IMG/VR virus record: IMGVR_UViG_3300029305_000620
DNA length: 64,000 bases
Reading direction: 5' to 3' (one strand)
Origin: an uncultured virus (IMG/VR IMGVR_UViG_3300029305_000620)
Lineage: Duplodnaviria > Heunggongvirae > Uroviricota > Caudoviricetes
Shown: positions 37,393-47,461 of the stretch, piece by piece
Layout: each line of letters opens with the position of its first letter
Numbering within the stretch: position 1 is the first letter of the stretch
Made by a program: the position numbers and the translations under genes
The notes under the pieces: generated by a model
Databases searched by the model: none
Told to the model about the DNA's origin: nothing
Seen by the model: the letters and a program-made list of their open reading frames with translations, nothing else

Positions 37393-39837
37393 TTATTGAC
37401 CGACAACATCCACGTCAACAAAGAGCTTGTGGCCCACCTTCTCGACCTTGGTGATCTTGTAGCTTGTGCCGCGCTGCAGGATGACCTCGAACTCATAGCC
37501 GAAGCCGCTCTGCCCGGACTTGCCGTCCCAACTCGGGGACTTCGCACCGTGTCCGTATGCGGAGAATGGTTCTGCATAGATCATCTTGGTGCCCTTGGGC
37601 GCGTAGATGTTAAGGATCAGACGGCCACCGAATCCGCTGCCCTTCGCTGCTGCCGCGGATGTGAATGCCTCATCCTTCACGACCTTGCCCACAAGCATCT
37701 GTTTGAGCTCTGCCTCGGATGCATCAAGCATCTTCTGCGGGATGCCCAGGAAGCCAGCCGCGCCGGGGTCGCTTTCCACGCCGCGTTGCAGCCAGATGTC
37801 GAAGTTGTACTTGCTCTTGTTGATGAGGTCGGTCATGTGCTGGATCGCCGCGCCGCTGCCCTCATAGTCGAGGTCAACCTTGCCAACACCCTTGAAGAAG
37901 CTGTTGCTCCAGCCGCCCGCATAGCCGCGCAGAGGGCGGTTGAAGGGGCCGCTGCCCGACGTGTACTTGTAGACCGCCTGACGCTCTGCAAGCGGCGCAG
38001 AGGCCCACAGCGTGCCGGTATCGGGGCGCAGCACCTTGTCTGCGCGGGGCTTCGCATCGTTGCCCGTAAACCAGTATGCCTTATCCTTGCGAGCCTTGGA
38101 GAACTTGTCATCCTCCAGCATGTAGCGCTTGCGCACAGCAGCCAGCTCATCGGTCAGGTCAAGCAGCTTCTTCTCCAGCTTCGCGATCTCTGCCGGATCG
38201 CCAACCGTGTCGGACAGCTTTTCGAGGGTGTCCTTGAACAGCTGCTTCTTGTAGTACGGGACGCTTGCATCCATCAGGCCCTTCATGGTCAGCTCGCCGT
38301 AGCTATCGACGAACTTCTTGATCGTGTCAACCTCCATATCAGGCGTGATGGTTTGGTACGCCTCAATGAGCTTCTTCTGGTCGAAGTTCTTGACCTTCGT
38401 GCCCATGGAGACCTTTTTCTTCTTGGTCAGCCCGGCGATCTTGGCAGTCAGATCGTCGATGTCCTTCTGCATCTTGTCCGGGTCAATGCCGCGAATCTTC
38501 ATGACTTCCCGGCTTGCCGCCTTGAGCTTCTCCGTCGCATCATCCAGCGCCTTGCCCAGCGTGGTGTACTTATCCTTGGCCAGCAGGTACTTCTTGCCCG
38601 CGGCCTCGAACTCATCGCACAGGTCGAGCATGTCCTGCTTGCTGTTGGCCTGGAAGTAGGCGCGCTTGGCAGGCAGGCGGTCTTTGAGGGTTTCGTAGTC
38701 CTTCGCAGTGACCGGGTTCTTCCAGATGTTCACGAACTGCTTGGAGTCGATCTGCTGCATCTCATCCTCAGCGGCTTTGCAGTCCGCTTTCAGCTTCGTA
38801 TGCTCGCTCATCAGCTGCATTTCCTTCTGGCGTGCCAGTTCCTCCGGGGTAGGCCCAGAGGATGGGAAGTGCCGCCCGGTGGCCTTGAAGAACTCCGCAT
38901 CCGTCATGAGCCTGCGGGAAGCGCGGCACCGGCAGTTGCAGTCATGCCCGGCCACACCGCTGCAGCCAGGGCAGGAGGCGAAGTTGCCGTCCTTGAGGTC
39001 GAACTTCTCATCCGCCAGCACCACCTGTCCATTGAGGATCATGTGGTTCGCGCTGGATTTCGAGATGCCCCGCTTCCAGCCCTTCTTGGACTTGCGGACG
39101 TACTGCGGGCGGACGCGCTCGTCCCCCATGTTCTTCCACGTCTTGGTCATTCTCAGGCCCGAGGTGCCGTCCTGCAGCGCCTTGTCCACCGCAACGCCTG
39201 CATCATCGTTGCCGGCTTCCCGGACGCGGTGAGCCTCCGTGCGGGCAATCAGCACGGCGTTCTTGTAGGGGCCGTTCTCCTTGTCCAGTGCGGTGGTGAT
39301 CCTCTTGGCGATGGTGGAGTACCTGTCGCCGTTCATGAGGCCGATGCCGACCGCCTGCCGGATGTCGTAGATAATCGTCTTGTGGTTTTTCAGCAGCGCA
39401 ACTTCCATGTGGGGGTTGCTGACCGCCGCCTTGATCTGCTGCGGTGTGATCTGAACGACCTCTGAAAAGGTTTCACCCAGGTCTGCACCCTTGGCCACCT
39501 TCTCAACGCCCTGCACCATGCTCTGGTAGCTGAGCTCGTAGACTTCCTCGACCAGCGCATGCAGCTCCTTGGCCACCTTGGGGGTCGCCACACCGATGCG
39601 CTTCTCGATCTCCGCCAGGAAGCGTGCGTCATAGCCCTTCGCCTGAAGGTCAGCAAAGGACAGTGTGCCGTCTCCCTTGGCAAATTTCTCGTGCACCTCT
39701 CCGACGTAGGCTTTCAGATCCTTCAGCAGGGACTTGAATATCTTGTGGATTTCTTTTTCCGCGCCAGCTTCCCGGTGTGCTGCGATTCTCCGGGCCTGGG
39801 CCTCATACCACTCAAGGTCTTTCGCCATGCCCGTCAC
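37393..39837 (-). CDS. MuF minor head protein fused to a VIP2-like ADP-ribosyltransferase
   Basis: IARTEAHR, KTW, DERVR, NCRC (MuF); YT.GS..FN..LR, LQRG, FTSAA, EFEVILQRG (ART). Confidence 0.85.
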   Translation of the reverse strand: MTGMAKDLEWYEAQARRIAAHREAGAEKEIHKIFKSLLKDLKAYVGEVHEKFAKGDGTLSFADLQAKGYDARFLAEIEKRIGVATPKVAKELHALVEEVYELSYQSMVQGVEKVAKGADLGETFSEVVQITPQQIKAAVSNPHMEVALLKNHKTIIYDIRQAVGIGLMNGDRYSTIAKRITTALDKENGPYKNAVLIARTEAHRVREAGNDDAGVAVDKALQDGTSGLRMTKTWKNMGDERVRPQYVRKSKKGWKRGISKSSANHMILNGQVVLADEKFDLKDGNFASCPGCSGVAGHDCNCRCRASRRLMTDAEFFKATGRHFPSSGPTPEELARQKEMQLMSEHTKLKADCKAAEDEMQQIDSKQFVNIWKNPVTAKDYETLKDRLPAKRAYFQANSKQDMLDLCDEFEAAGKKYLLAKDKYTTLGKALDDATEKLKAASREVMKIRGIDPDKMQKDIDDLTAKIAGLTKKKKVSMGTKVKNFDQKKLIEAYQTITPDMEVDTIKKFVDSYGELTMKGLMDASVPYYKKQLFKDTLEKLSDTVGDPAEIAKLEKKLLDLTDELAAVRKRYMLEDDKFSKARKDKAYWFTGNDAKPRADKVLRPDTGTLWASAPLAERQAVYKYTSGSGPFNRPLRGYAGGWSNSFFKGVGKVDLDYEGSGAAIQHMTDLINKSKYNFDIWLQRGVESDPGAAGFLGIPQKMLDASEAELKQMLVGKVVKDEAFTSAAAAKGSGFGGRLILNIYAPKGTKMIYAEPFSAYGHGAKSPSWDGKSGQSGFGYEFEVILQRGTSYKITKVEKVGHKLFVDVDVVGQ

Positions 39838-39852
39838 ATCCCTTCACCGTGG

Positions 39853-41382
39853 TTATTCCTCGTCCTCATCGTCCGGGGCCTGCTTGCGCTGGAAGGGGGT
39901 GTTCTGCCCGCCTTCCTCGTCCTCCCCGAACATCAGGGACGGCATGCTGTCACGTTCTTCCTCGATCAGCTGCATAACGTAGTCCACATCGTCCACGAAG
40001 GACAGCTGCGCGTAGGCAACAGCCTTGGGCAGACCGGCAGCAACAAGCGCCTGCACGTTTGCAGCCTCGCCCTGCACATCCACAGGGAAGTTGCGGCGGA
40101 AGTCCATCACAACCTGCAGCGGGTCGATCTTGATGGTCTTCTTCGCCCAGGCTTTCGACAGCAGCGTGAACATGTAGGTGCCGGCAGAGATCATCTTGGC
40201 CTCGAACATGCCGCACTTGGTTTCCAGGCCGGTCAGCTTGAACTTGAGGGAAACGCCGGAAGCCGTGCCGAAGGATTCATCGGACATGTTCGGAGTCTTG
40301 GAGAAGCGGTAGATGTTCTCCTCCAGGCGGTCAAGGTGATGCTCGATGAAGGTGTCGTTGATTTCCTTGGTTAGGAAGCAAATATCTGCATCGGATACGC
40401 CGTTGGACTGAATCTCAAAGGAACCAGCCGCCTGTGCCGCCTGCCTCTCCTTCTCATCCAGGTGCACGTTCTTGAACACCATGTATGCGTTGGCGAAAGC
40501 GTCCGCCTCGTTGGAGTTGTCGGACAGCGCCCGGTCATACGCATCAATGAGGGTCAGAACCTTCTCCGCGTCGCCCTTGAGCTCCAGGTTGTTGGGAATG
40601 CCCTGGAGAGGACAGCCGTCGAACAGATTGGGCTCGTTCTTCACCTCGTGAAGGTCGCTCACGTTTCCGCCCTCGTAGTAGTGGATGAGGCCGTCGTCGT
40701 AGAACTCCGCCTTGACTACATCGTTGTCGCTGATGTCCTTGGTCGTGTAGTAGCGCACGCCGTATGTAGGGTGGGTGATGTCGCGGGTCTTGGAGAGGAT
40801 GATGCACTCATTCGGGGGCACCACCATCACGCGCTCGTCGCCTTCCTTGTCGATGTAGAACAGGCGGCCCGCATAGCCGCAGATGGCTGCATACTTGGTG
40901 CATTCCATATCCACGTCGAACATGTTGGATCGGGTTACAAAGTCGGTGATGACCTTGCTGGCCGCGTCCACGGCTGCCTTCTGCTCCGCGTCGTTGTCGC
41001 CCGCGTCGCCGGTGTCCTCCTGGCTCTCATCGGTGACGGAATAGCTGTAGCCGATGGGGTTGCCGGCGAAATAGCCCGTTTTGAAGTCGATGATCTCCGA
41101 GAAGAAGTCGTTGTTCAGCTTGTGGTTGATAGCATCGTCGCTGTCACTAAAGCGGGGCGTGCGGCCGAAGATCGGCACACCGTCTGCCAGGGCTTCGTAT
41201 CGGTCAATCAGCGTCTTGTTGTATTCCGCGTTGTCCCGGTGCTTTTCGATGATCCGCCGCAGCAGGGCATCGGAAATGCCGTCCTTTTCCAGCGCCTCGA
41301 TCTCTGCGGTGTAGTCCGGGTATTTTTCCACCCGCATGCGCACCGGGTGCTCCATGTGGCGCATCTTGAATGCTTCGCTCAT
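39853..41382 (-). CDS. SPP1-type portal protein (phage B)
   Basis: GYFAGNPI, LIDAYDRALSD, GTASGVSLKFKL. Confidence 0.9.
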   Translation of the reverse strand: MSEAFKMRHMEHPVRMRVEKYPDYTAEIEALEKDGISDALLRRIIEKHRDNAEYNKTLIDRYEALADGVPIFGRTPRFSDSDDAINHKLNNDFFSEIIDFKTGYFAGNPIGYSYSVTDESQEDTGDAGDNDAEQKAAVDAASKVITDFVTRSNMFDVDMECTKYAAICGYAGRLFYIDKEGDERVMVVPPNECIILSKTRDITHPTYGVRYYTTKDISDNDVVKAEFYDDGLIHYYEGGNVSDLHEVKNEPNLFDGCPLQGIPNNLELKGDAEKVLTLIDAYDRALSDNSNEADAFANAYMVFKNVHLDEKERQAAQAAGSFEIQSNGVSDADICFLTKEINDTFIEHHLDRLEENIYRFSKTPNMSDESFGTASGVSLKFKLTGLETKCGMFEAKMISAGTYMFTLLSKAWAKKTIKIDPLQVVMDFRRNFPVDVQGEAANVQALVAAGLPKAVAYAQLSFVDDVDYVMQLIEEERDSMPSLMFGEDEEGGQNTPFQRKQAPDDEDEE

Positions 41383-41522
41383 TTCTTCTTACCTCTTTTC
41401 CGGCTCAGTGCGCCCGGCAGCTCCTTGTCGAGCATCACCTTGCCGTCGATCAGGCTCACCGTCAGCCCGCAGCGGGGGCACACGCGCACCTTGTTGATGG
41501 TCTTCCAGATATGTTTGCACAT
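41379..41522 (-). CDS. Small CxxC protein between TerL and portal
   Basis: MCKHIW...CPRCG; coupled ORF. Confidence 0.55.
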   Translation of the reverse strand: MCKHIWKTINKVRVCPRCGLTVSLIDGKVMLDKELPGALSRKRGKKK

Positions 41523-41523
41523 G

Positions 41524-42768
41524 TTACAGCCTCCTTGCCGCCGTGATCCGCGCCGAGAGCATGGCCTGCTCCAGCGCATAGCGGGTAGCGTCGATGGTGT
41601 GGTTGTCCTTGTCCGGGTATTCCGGCAGGAAGTCGCCGTTTTTGTCGGTCTCGTACTCGTAGGACGAGAACTCCTTGGCGATGTTGGGCGTGCGTTTGGG
41701 GTCAACGATGATCGCACCCAGGCTTTGGAGCCAGCGCATGCCGTGCTCAACACTGCCGGGGCCTTTCTTCACTGCAATGGTCTTGATGCCGCGCTTGCCC
41801 AGCTCAGAGATCATGCGGGGGTCTGCGCTGTCACATCGGACAATGCCCTGCGTGCGGCTCTTGACCGCATTGGCCAGCCTGTCCACGCTGTTGCCGCTGC
41901 CGTAGAACTCATCCACCGCGTATATGCGCCGCTGCTGCGCGTCGTAGGCCCAGCAGACGTATGCATCCGGGTCAACAGCGAAGCCGAAGTCCAGGCCGCT
42001 GTAGAACGTGCCAAGGCGGTTCAGATCGTCGGTGATGTCCCTCAGCTCCAGGTTGGTGAAGACCGTGCCGCCCGTGCCGGTGACCTCGCCCAGGTACATA
42101 TGCCGATAAGCACGCTCATTTGACGTTCTGAGGGCCTCCGCTTCCGCGATGAACTCTCTGCCCAGCCATTCCGGCGGCGCGCCCAGATACGTGCTGTGGT
42201 GCGTCAGGCGGGTGCTCTTGGGGATCAGGGCCTCCTTGTTCACCCAGTTGCGGGAGGTCATCGGCGGGTTGTAGCTGTAGAAGGTGTAGGACTTGTCGCC
42301 ACCGCGGATGATGGATGCCTTGATGGTGCGGATGTCGTCCATGCCACCGAACTCCGCCAGCTCCTCGAACCATAGGATGCCGAAGTAGCCGAAGGAGATT
42401 TTGATGGACTTGGACTTCATTGGATCATCAGCACCACGGAAGATGATGCGCTGCCCCGTTTCCGCGTATCGTATCTCCATAGGGGAGACGCGGTACTGGA
42501 AACGGTCACGCAGGCCCAGCATGTCAATGGCCCAGATGATCTGCTCATACACCGACTCGCGCAGCGTGTTGCCCACGCGCCGGTAGATGATGGCGTGCAT
42601 GTTGGGGTTCTGAATCAGCAGCAGGACGATCTCGATGGAAATAAAGGAGGATTTCAGCGAGCCACGCCCGCCATCCAGCCAGTATTCGCTGTGATCCCCG
42701 CGCTTGATGTCCCGGTGTACAGGAATGAAGGGCTTTGCAATCAGGTTGGAAAGCCGGATCTCACTCAC
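41524..42768 (-). CDS. terL: PBSX-family terminase large subunit (phage B)
   Basis: GGRGSLKSS, WFEE, SYNPP, DFGFAVDP, DNHTIDATRYA. Confidence 0.93.
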   Translation of the reverse strand: MSEIRLSNLIAKPFIPVHRDIKRGDHSEYWLDGGRGSLKSSFISIEIVLLLIQNPNMHAIIYRRVGNTLRESVYEQIIWAIDMLGLRDRFQYRVSPMEIRYAETGQRIIFRGADDPMKSKSIKISFGYFGILWFEELAEFGGMDDIRTIKASIIRGGDKSYTFYSYNPPMTSRNWVNKEALIPKSTRLTHHSTYLGAPPEWLGREFIAEAEALRTSNERAYRHMYLGEVTGTGGTVFTNLELRDITDDLNRLGTFYSGLDFGFAVDPDAYVCWAYDAQQRRIYAVDEFYGSGNSVDRLANAVKSRTQGIVRCDSADPRMISELGKRGIKTIAVKKGPGSVEHGMRWLQSLGAIIVDPKRTPNIAKEFSSYEYETDKNGDFLPEYPDKDNHTIDATRYALEQAMLSARITAARRL

Positions 42769-43202
42769 TCGCCATCGCCATCCCCAAAGTCGTCAATGAT
42801 CGTCACGCTCGACTTGCTCGTAACCTCCGTGTCTGTCTTCTGCGTATATCCGTAGTGGGACATCCACAGGCCGGCCAGACGGGAGTCAATGGTGCCGTTT
42901 TCGAACTTCTCCCGCGCATCCATCTCGCAATCCAGGTCGATTCGCGCGATGACCAATTCAAATTCGGGATCGTTTTTGTATACTGCGTAGAAGTTTTGCT
43001 CCGTCATGCCCAGGAAAGCGCAGAAGCCCTTTTTCGTCGCCGTGACGGGGTGGGGAACCTCCTGGGTGACGAATCTGCCCTCTTTCTGCGAGAAGGCCGT
43101 CATGAGCACGGTCTTGCCGTTGCAGGCTTCCTTATATTCCAGATAACTCTCCCACAGATAATCCGGGCCGGGGATTGTCCTGTTTCCGCCTCGTGTTGCC
43201 AT
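42765..43202 (-). CDS. terS: Terminase small subunit (phage B)
   Basis: Position; C-terminal VTIIDD. Confidence 0.65.
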   Translation of the reverse strand: MATRGGNRTIPGPDYLWESYLEYKEACNGKTVLMTAFSQKEGRFVTQEVPHPVTATKKGFCAFLGMTEQNFYAVYKNDPEFELVIARIDLDCEMDAREKFENGTIDSRLAGLWMSHYGYTQKTDTEVTSKSSVTIIDDFGDGDGE

Positions 43203-43206
43203 ATCG

Positions 43207-44098
43207 TCACCCCTTTCTGTATCGTGTCAGGTCTGCCCATTGGAAGTTGTCGTCGAATACATCCCGAATGGCTTTGATGTCCCCCTTGTAGAACACCAGC
43301 ACATTCTGATGCACCTTTGTTATCTTTCGGTGCTTGAAGTTGTTGGCCGCCCGCATGGGTGCCGTTCCGTATTGCTCCAGGAGCACGCTGTCGTTGTAGA
43401 GGATCAGGCCCGCGTCCATGAACAGGCGCTTGGTCAGTCCTACAAAGTCCCGGTATGCTCCCTTGTTGTCCCGTATTTCACCAACTACAAACACAGCAAA
43501 GCGGTTCTCCTTCAGCTTCCTGCATGCGCCGGCGATGATGTCGGCATATGCTTCCGTGAATTCCGCATAGCTCATGTTGGAGAGGTCAAGCGGATGGTCG
43601 CTGTACTTCTCCAGGTTGTGATACGGTGGACATGAAAAAACCAGATCGGCGCTGCCGTCTGGTAAGTATGAATCCATATTCCTGCTGTCGTCGCAGTGCC
43701 ATGCCGGGCATACACCCAGCTTGTCCGCGTTGAGTTGGTTCGCATCCACCTGCATCTCTGACAGGTCAATGCCTATGTAATGACGGCCCAGCATTTCCGC
43801 TACCACGCCGCGAACAGAGCCGCCAGCGAATGGGTCAAAGACGATGCCGTCCTTGGGGCTGAACCAGTTGTAAATGACCTCGCATAGTACCGGGTCGAAG
43901 ATTGATGTGCCTGTCAGGCTGCTGCCCTGCTTTTCTGCCAGCTTCTTGAGCCCGCTGCCCAGTAGTGCATCAGCGCGTCCGACCTCGCTCTGCAGGCCGA
44001 TTGCTTTCCATTCACGCTTCCGTGATTGCCAGTAGCCTTGCTTGCTGTCAAATGCCGAAAACGGTGGGTATGAGGTATCGTTCATTGAGCGTACCCAT
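43207..44098 (-). CDS. DNA amino-methyltransferase-like protein; probable +1 frameshift near the 5' end
   Basis: DPFAGGSVRG and SCPPY motifs. The RBS-linked ATG at 44098 is out of frame with the body; an alternative ATG lies at 44085. Confidence 0.75.
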
Positions 44099-44285
44099 GT
44101 AACCACTCCCTTGTCTTGTGTATAGAAAAAGCCCGCCCGCACCTAATTTCTACCCTGCGTACTAAACGCAAGCCTTCGATGCGAGGGGGCTTTTTGACCT
44201 ATTTTGATATGCTATATAATAGCACGGGTTGATGTACAGCGGTTGTACAATTTTCGATAGTGCGTGTACATTTTTTCGCACTATT

Positions 44286-44798
44286 TCACACTTTCACACT
44301 ATTCCAACGCTTGATCTGCTCCACCACCGGCTCGATCTGCTGCGCGTCGATGATCTTCTTCACCTTGGGGAGTGCAGAGCCCTTGAGGCCACGTGCCCAG
44401 GAGTAGGACTTGTCGCACGCATCCGCCGCCTCCTGCAGGCTCAGGTACCGGAAGTGCTTGCGGCCGTGCTTGTCGGTGCAGACCTCGCCCACATAGAGCT
44501 TGTGAAGAACGTCGTATTCATCCACCGGCAGCTGCTCGATGACGGCAATGATCTGCTGCCGGGCTGTGGATAGCTTGTGGATATACTCGTCGATTTCTCT
44601 GCCGATGTCCACGCTCCTGTCCACCGCGTCCGCCATCCGCGATTGACTGCCGGAGGATTGCACCCTAACGCCCGTATCGGGAGCAGCACCCGCCGAGGTA
44701 TCCATCGCCAGCATCAGCCAGCGCTCCTTCTCGTTCCGCTTGTTCTCAATCATCCTGTCCAGCTTCTTGATCTGAAGCAGGAATGTTTCTGCCTTCAT
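44286..44798 (-). CDS. Late transcription activator (ArpU/RinA-like)
   Basis: Last early gene before the packaging genes; SRMADAV, C-terminal HTH. Confidence 0.65.
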   Translation of the reverse strand: MKAETFLLQIKKLDRMIENKRNEKERWLMLAMDTSAGAAPDTGVRVQSSGSQSRMADAVDRSVDIGREIDEYIHKLSTARQQIIAVIEQLPVDEYDVLHKLYVGEVCTDKHGRKHFRYLSLQEAADACDKSYSWARGLKGSALPKVKKIIDAQQIEPVVEQIKRWNSVKV

Positions 44799-44866
44799 CG
44801 TGCTGCCTCCCTTCTTTTGCTCTGCCCCATTTTGACCGGGCCGGGGGTAGGCCCTGTTGTAGCTCA

Positions 44867-45199
44867 TCAGATGTCGCCTGCCTTGCGGTGGAGGGAATGG
44901 TCTGCTGTGAAGCCTTCCGGGTAACGGGCGTTGAGCTTTTCAATGTTCATGGTGAGCACATCGTCCAGCTTCCAGCAGTTCACGGTGCAGAACTCCGCGA
45001 TGAACCAGGCAAGATCGCCCACTTCCTTCATGACGTGTTCCGCGTCCATCTCGTGCCCCTGGTAGAACTTCTGATACAGGCCGTGGATTTCGCCCACCTC
45101 CGCGCACATGCCGTGAAGGGCATGGCGGGAGGTTTCTTCAAAGGACAGCGCCGGATTCATCGTCCGGGCCGCTGCCACCTGGTAGTCGTTCAAAGTCAT
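44867..45199 (-). CDS. MazG-like nucleotide pyrophosphohydrolase
   Basis: EVGE, EVGDLAWF, NIEKLNARYPEGF. Confidence 0.85.
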   Translation of the reverse strand: MTLNDYQVAAARTMNPALSFEETSRHALHGMCAEVGEIHGLYQKFYQGHEMDAEHVMKEVGDLAWFIAEFCTVNCWKLDDVLTMNIEKLNARYPEGFTADHSLHRKAGDI

Positions 45200-45213
45200 A
45201 CTTCTTCCCCCTT

Positions 45214-45618
45214 TCAGGTCGGGCCGGAGCCCAGGAGCATGTAGTCTGCACTATGCAGCATGCTCTCCAAAGACGGCTCCAGGCTGTTGGAATAGCCGTA
45301 TTTCTGTGTCGCTTTGCATATTCTCTCCGCAGCCTCTTTTTCCTGCTTGCCCGGTTTCAGGAAAGCGTTCAACAGGCCGCTTGCTTCCCAGTGCATCGCG
45401 CTGAGCTTGGCCTTGACCTCGCTGATCGCGGGCGGGAAGGGGCTGGAGCTGATCGCCTTATGTACTGCCATGAGCACGATGTCCGCGGGCATGTCGGCAA
45501 ACTGCACCGCCCAGACGGAAATGGTGCCCATCGCTTCCTCCTGCGTCATGTTCCGGTAGGAATTAGGGTATGCGGCCTTGAGGATCGCCAGGATCGTCGC
45601 CGCTTCCTTCTTGTTCAA
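45214..45618 (-). CDS. Replicative helicase loader/inhibitor (G39P-like)
   Basis: ILAILKAAYP...W...FPPAISE. Confidence 0.7.
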   Translation of the reverse strand: MNKKEAATILAILKAAYPNSYRNMTQEEAMGTISVWAVQFADMPADIVLMAVHKAISSSPFPPAISEVKAKLSAMHWEASGLLNAFLKPGKQEKEAAERICKATQKYGYSNSLEPSLESMLHSADYMLLGSGPT

Positions 45619-46304
45619 TCAAGGTCACCTCCTTTCAATGCGTCCAAGAATGCGTTGCCGCTGTTCCTGCGGGCCTGGGTGGTCTGCTTTTGTGCATCCT
45701 CCCTTGCCCATTTGCGGATGGTAGCCGCGTGGGAGTCGTAGTGCTTGCCGGTGCGCTTCATGTACTCGGAGAGCTTGTTGACCTTGTTCTGCAGGTTCGG
45801 GATTTCGGCCTGCAGCTCCAAATACTCATCATCCGTCAGCATAACATTCCAGTAAAGGCCGTAGGCGCGGGGGGTGTTATCCCCTGATGTTGACGCTCTC
45901 GCTGGAGTTGCCGTTGGAGTTGATGTTGGAGTTGTTGTTGAGGTTGGAGTTGGAGTTGGTTGATTTTGTTGCCCTGTGTTGCCTTGTGTTGGCATGTGTT
46001 GGCATGTGTCAACATGTGTTGGCATGTGTTGGCCATTGTCGGCAAGTGCTTGCTTCTTGGCCGCGCTTGCCTGGCCTGCCTTGCGCCGTTTCTCCACCAG
46101 CTCCTCATACCTGGCAGCATCCCGGTCGATGCTGTTGGCCACAAAGGGCCACACGGCGGCCAGTATGCCGTCCATAGGCGGCACGGTGCCATGCTCCCCA
46201 TATTCCATGATGGCCTCGAACAGGCGGCCCTTGGTCTCGTAGTCAAGCCCCTTGATGGACTGCCCCGTCTCGAAGTAAATCATCACACCGGGTTTCTTCG
46301 CCAT
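45615..46304 (-). CDS. Replication initiator (DUF6291-like N-terminus)
   Basis: KGRLFEAIMEY, IDRD..RYEE, YDSHAATIRKW; internal iteron-like repeats. Confidence 0.75.
   Translation of the reverse strand: MAKKPGVMIYFETGQSIKGLDYETKGRLFEAIMEYGEHGTVPPMDGILAAVWPFVANSIDRDAARYEELVEKRRKAGQASAAKKQALADNGQHMPTHVDTCQHMPTQGNTGQQNQPTPTPTSTTTPTSTPTATPARASTSGDNTPRAYGLYWNVMLTDDEYLELQAEIPNLQNKVNKLSEYMKRTGKHYDSHAATIRKWAREDAQKQTTQARRNSGNAFLDALKGGDLD
45903..46050. repeat. 10-bp (TGTGTTGGCA) and 6-bp (GTTGGA) tandem repeats, candidate replication origin
   Basis: About 8 imperfect 10-mers at 45965-46050; about 9 6-mers at 45903-45960. Confidence 0.7.
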
Positions 46305-46533
46305 TGGTATCACCACCTAAACTGTACTTTTTCACGCGGCACTTCTCGCCGTAGCGGTTGGTCACCGTCACCCATTCGCAGTCGATCTCATAGCCGCTCT
46401 TGCGAAGGTTGGTAATGCGGGAGGCCAGGCGCATCACGCCCAGCTCCGTCAGAGCCTCCAGCTGCGTGATGCTGCCGTGCTTCTCCATATAGGCGAGAAT
46501 GCGGGTGCATTGTGATGGGTTACTGTTCGTCAT
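46243..46533 (-). CDS. Winged HTH protein
   Basis: GSITQLEA...GVMRLASRI..LR..GY. Confidence 0.7.
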   Translation of the reverse strand: MTNSNPSQCTRILAYMEKHGSITQLEALTELGVMRLASRITNLRKSGYEIDCEWVTVTNRYGEKCRVKKYSLGGDTNGEETRCDDLLRDGAVHQGA

Positions 46534-47242
46534 TGCTTTCTCCTCTCTTTCGTGTTGTTTATATGGGCGGCATGCTTGCCCAGCTCAACGCGCCCCACCC
46601 ACTTGAAGCAACTGCCCGCCTTGCAGTCTCGGCAGATGCAGGCATCGGTGCAGGTGGTGCAGTCCATTTCATGTCCTGGGGTCACGTCGCAGGGCTTGGT
46701 GAAACTGTTGTCGCAGTGGTCGCAGGCCGTCACGCTATGCCGCAGCGCGTCGATCAGAGCGGCCTTGTCAGCCTTCAGGGCGTTGCACTCCTCAATCAGG
46801 AGCCGGATGTCGTTCAGGATGTTCATCTGCTGCTTGTCCATAGGTTATGTCCTCGCTTCTCTGTTGCATTTGGTCGTTCTGCTGTATCCGCGCTTCTCGG
46901 CCTGCCTTGCATCGTATGCCCGTGTACAGCCCCAGGAGCAGAGATATATCTTGTTATGCACATACCCGCGCCAGTAGGCCCATTCGTTGGTGTGCTCGAA
47001 CTTCTTCTCGCACACAGGGCATTTCGCGCTGGTGTAGTAGTTGAGCCCGTTGCCCTTGAGGTCTTGTCTTTTGAGTGCCATGGGTCAACTCCCCTCCGGC
47101 GGTTTGTCTGTTTTACTGCCCTTCACTGAAAAGGTAAGAAACAAAGCAAACAGCACAATCCACCATTTATCGAAATGTATTGCCAATTTCGTTAAACAGA
47201 CCAATTCTGCGATGACACAGGCCGCCCAGCAAACGTATGCCA

Positions 47243-47461
47243 TCATACGCTACCCTCCGGCGGCAGCTCCGGAATGGGCTGCCAGTGGGACACATCCCGC
47301 GCGGGGATCAGGTTGTTGTAGGTGACGCTCCACCAGGCACCGTTGCGGTTCGCACCGTATGAAGCCATTTCAATGTGCCTCTGCTTGCCCACGCCCACAA
47401 CGGCCAGCACCGTGACCTTCTTCGGGGGCTTGCTGTCCTTGACGCTGATCCAGTCCTTCAT
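47243..47461 (-). CDS. DUF551 protein
   Basis: WISVKD..P...VSHWQPIPELP. Confidence 0.75.
   Translation of the reverse strand: MKDWISVKDSKPPKKVTVLAVVGVGKQRHIEMASYGANRNGAWWSVTYNNLIPARDVSHWQPIPELPPEGSV

Noticed and set aside
45903..46050. CRISPR array
   Set aside because: Short tandem repeats without spacers, inside a CDS; no cas genes seen in the window
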